Positions 62,701 to 64,000 of a stretch of DNA of 64,000 bases are shown here, piece after piece. Origin of the DNA: Nemertoderma westbladi (lineage: Eukaryota; Animalia; Xenacoelomorpha). Position 1 is the first letter of the stretch. Every line of letters starts with the position of its first letter. A program made the position numbers and the translations under genes. Under the pieces are notes generated by a model. The model did no database searches. It was not told where the DNA came from and was given only the letters and a program-made list of their open reading frames with translations. The stretch covers positions 32,039 to 96,038 of the forward strand of contig JAUCBJ010006873.1 of assembly GCA_032718475.1 (NCBI GenBank), read 5' to 3'.

Positions 62701-63154
62701 CAGTCTCTTCCATTTCCCGGACCTGCTGAGAGGAGCACAAACAGTGTTCCCTCAGCTGCTCGAGCAGGAGACCCATCTCCCGTCGTCCCTCAGCTACCCA
62801 CTCAACCGCCGAAGCGGGAGTCGCCAACGTTGTAGCGGGCGAGCGAGAGACGACGGGCGATAAATTCTTAATATCTCGCTCGGCGTCCAGGATGGGTTCG
62901 GACTCGGGAACAGTCCTACTGGGCACAGGTAGTTTAGTACTGTACAAAGGGAATTTATAGGCAGGTTCTGGGAGTACAGGTGTCTCTATCTTTCTTTCCG
63001 CTTCTACTGTTGCCATTGCCTCCGCCGCCTTTCTTTTCGCTTCTGCTGTTGCCATTGCCTCTGCCATCTTCCTTTCAAGACCCTGTCCAAGTCCAAGACT
63101 GATTCTAACACCTTCCAAAAGACTATCTGACAGTGCCCGTTTTGTGTCAGACAT
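59726..63154 (-). mobile_element. BEL/Pao LTR-retrotransposon ORF: gag plus aspartic protease fused in frame to a post-RNase H segment; RT and integrase absent
   Basis: DUF1759-like KFNGD...W..F...LSNGEKLRFL..CLEG; three knuckles CVLC..H...C, CYNC...H....C, CAQC...HH.LLH; ALLDSGS; ILIGQ; TRVGW; then directly QWRYCP...NPTDIASRG and YSSWNRL. Confidence 0.9.
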
Positions 63155-63284
63155 TTTTGTTTGTACAGTTGAATGCCTACTGCTATATTACAGTCTAAGC
63201 AAGTCTAGTAATTCAGTATTAACTGCTAGCCTAGTAATTAATTACCGATACTGCTACTCAGTGTAGCGTGATATATATATAATA

Positions 63285-63535
63285 TATTAGAATACCGGTA
63301 TGCTTATAGTATATATAAGTATTATTACAGACTAGGTTTATCTCAGAATACCGGTATAATTTTAGCACAAATATATATAAATATATAATAGGCCTATCGG
63401 GAATACCGGTATACAGCTTACAATTTGTAGTATATATAATTCTGGACTAGAATTAATTACAAGTACCGGTATAATTTCAGCCTAAATTTACAGAAATAAA
63501 GATAATAGGCCTATCGTAAATACCGGTATATCAAT
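63285..63535. repeat. Degenerate ~55-60-bp repeats in the BEL leader
   Basis: Five TACCGGTAT modules, two preceded by TAGGCCTATCG. Confidence 0.6.
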
Positions 63536-64000
63536 TATTTTAAATAATTGAATTTCTGAACTTTAGGGTTACTTTGTTACTTTACTTACTTTATTACCGT
63601 TATTTGAACAGTAGTCCAACTGATATTGAGACCTAATGGTTATATGGTAGGCCTACTATTTATAAATCGTTAGATTTGATTTATAATATATATATACCCG
63701 TTTTAATGGGCTTTGTCAATGTTTGAAATAAATGTTATTATTTCTGGGGAGTAATCACTACACAAAGCGGTGCGCTTTCAGTGAAGTGTTACTTATAGGA
63801 CACTAAAACAAATAATACTAATTTACCTAAGTTACTTAATACTACAAATTACGTACAATTCGGGTGAGATTACAATCTCTAAATAAACACAAAAATTTAC
63901 AAAAAACACAAATACGAATTTTCAGGGTAATTTTACAAGAAGTCTACAAACCAGCCTAACAAAGGGTTAGAAATCTGGTTATTACAACTGACAGGGTACT

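Overview
AT-rich animal (probably bilaterian invertebrate) genomic DNA, dense in transposons and tandem repeats; not prokaryotic. Host genes: (1) a spliced minus-strand gene rebuilt from 7 phase-compatible GT-AG exons (37286 down to 2051, ~894 aa), Pro-rich and RS-rich, with the 'W..F..W...HP...W..W' motif seen in invertebrate YLPM1/ZAP3; (2) intronless LCMT1; (3) intronless prefoldin subunit 1; (4) a single-ORF somatomedin-B/Cys-rich family-B GPCR. Mobile DNA: a Sola-like DNA transposon with a nested piggyBac-like element, several MITEs, tRNA-derived SINEs, RTE-type LINE fragments, and a BEL/Pao ORF that keeps gag and protease but has lost RT and integrase in frame. The most striking pattern is four large tandem arrays; three clearly, and one tentatively, grew in place from a short piece of functional sequence. 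These are a 12.9-kb 50-bp satellite from the C-terminus of a LINE ORF2, a 48-bp in-frame array inside a transposase, a 39-bp array made of a putative branch point plus polypyrimidine tract, and a 27-bp array at a LINE 5' junction. All calls come from reading the sequence; no database searches were run.
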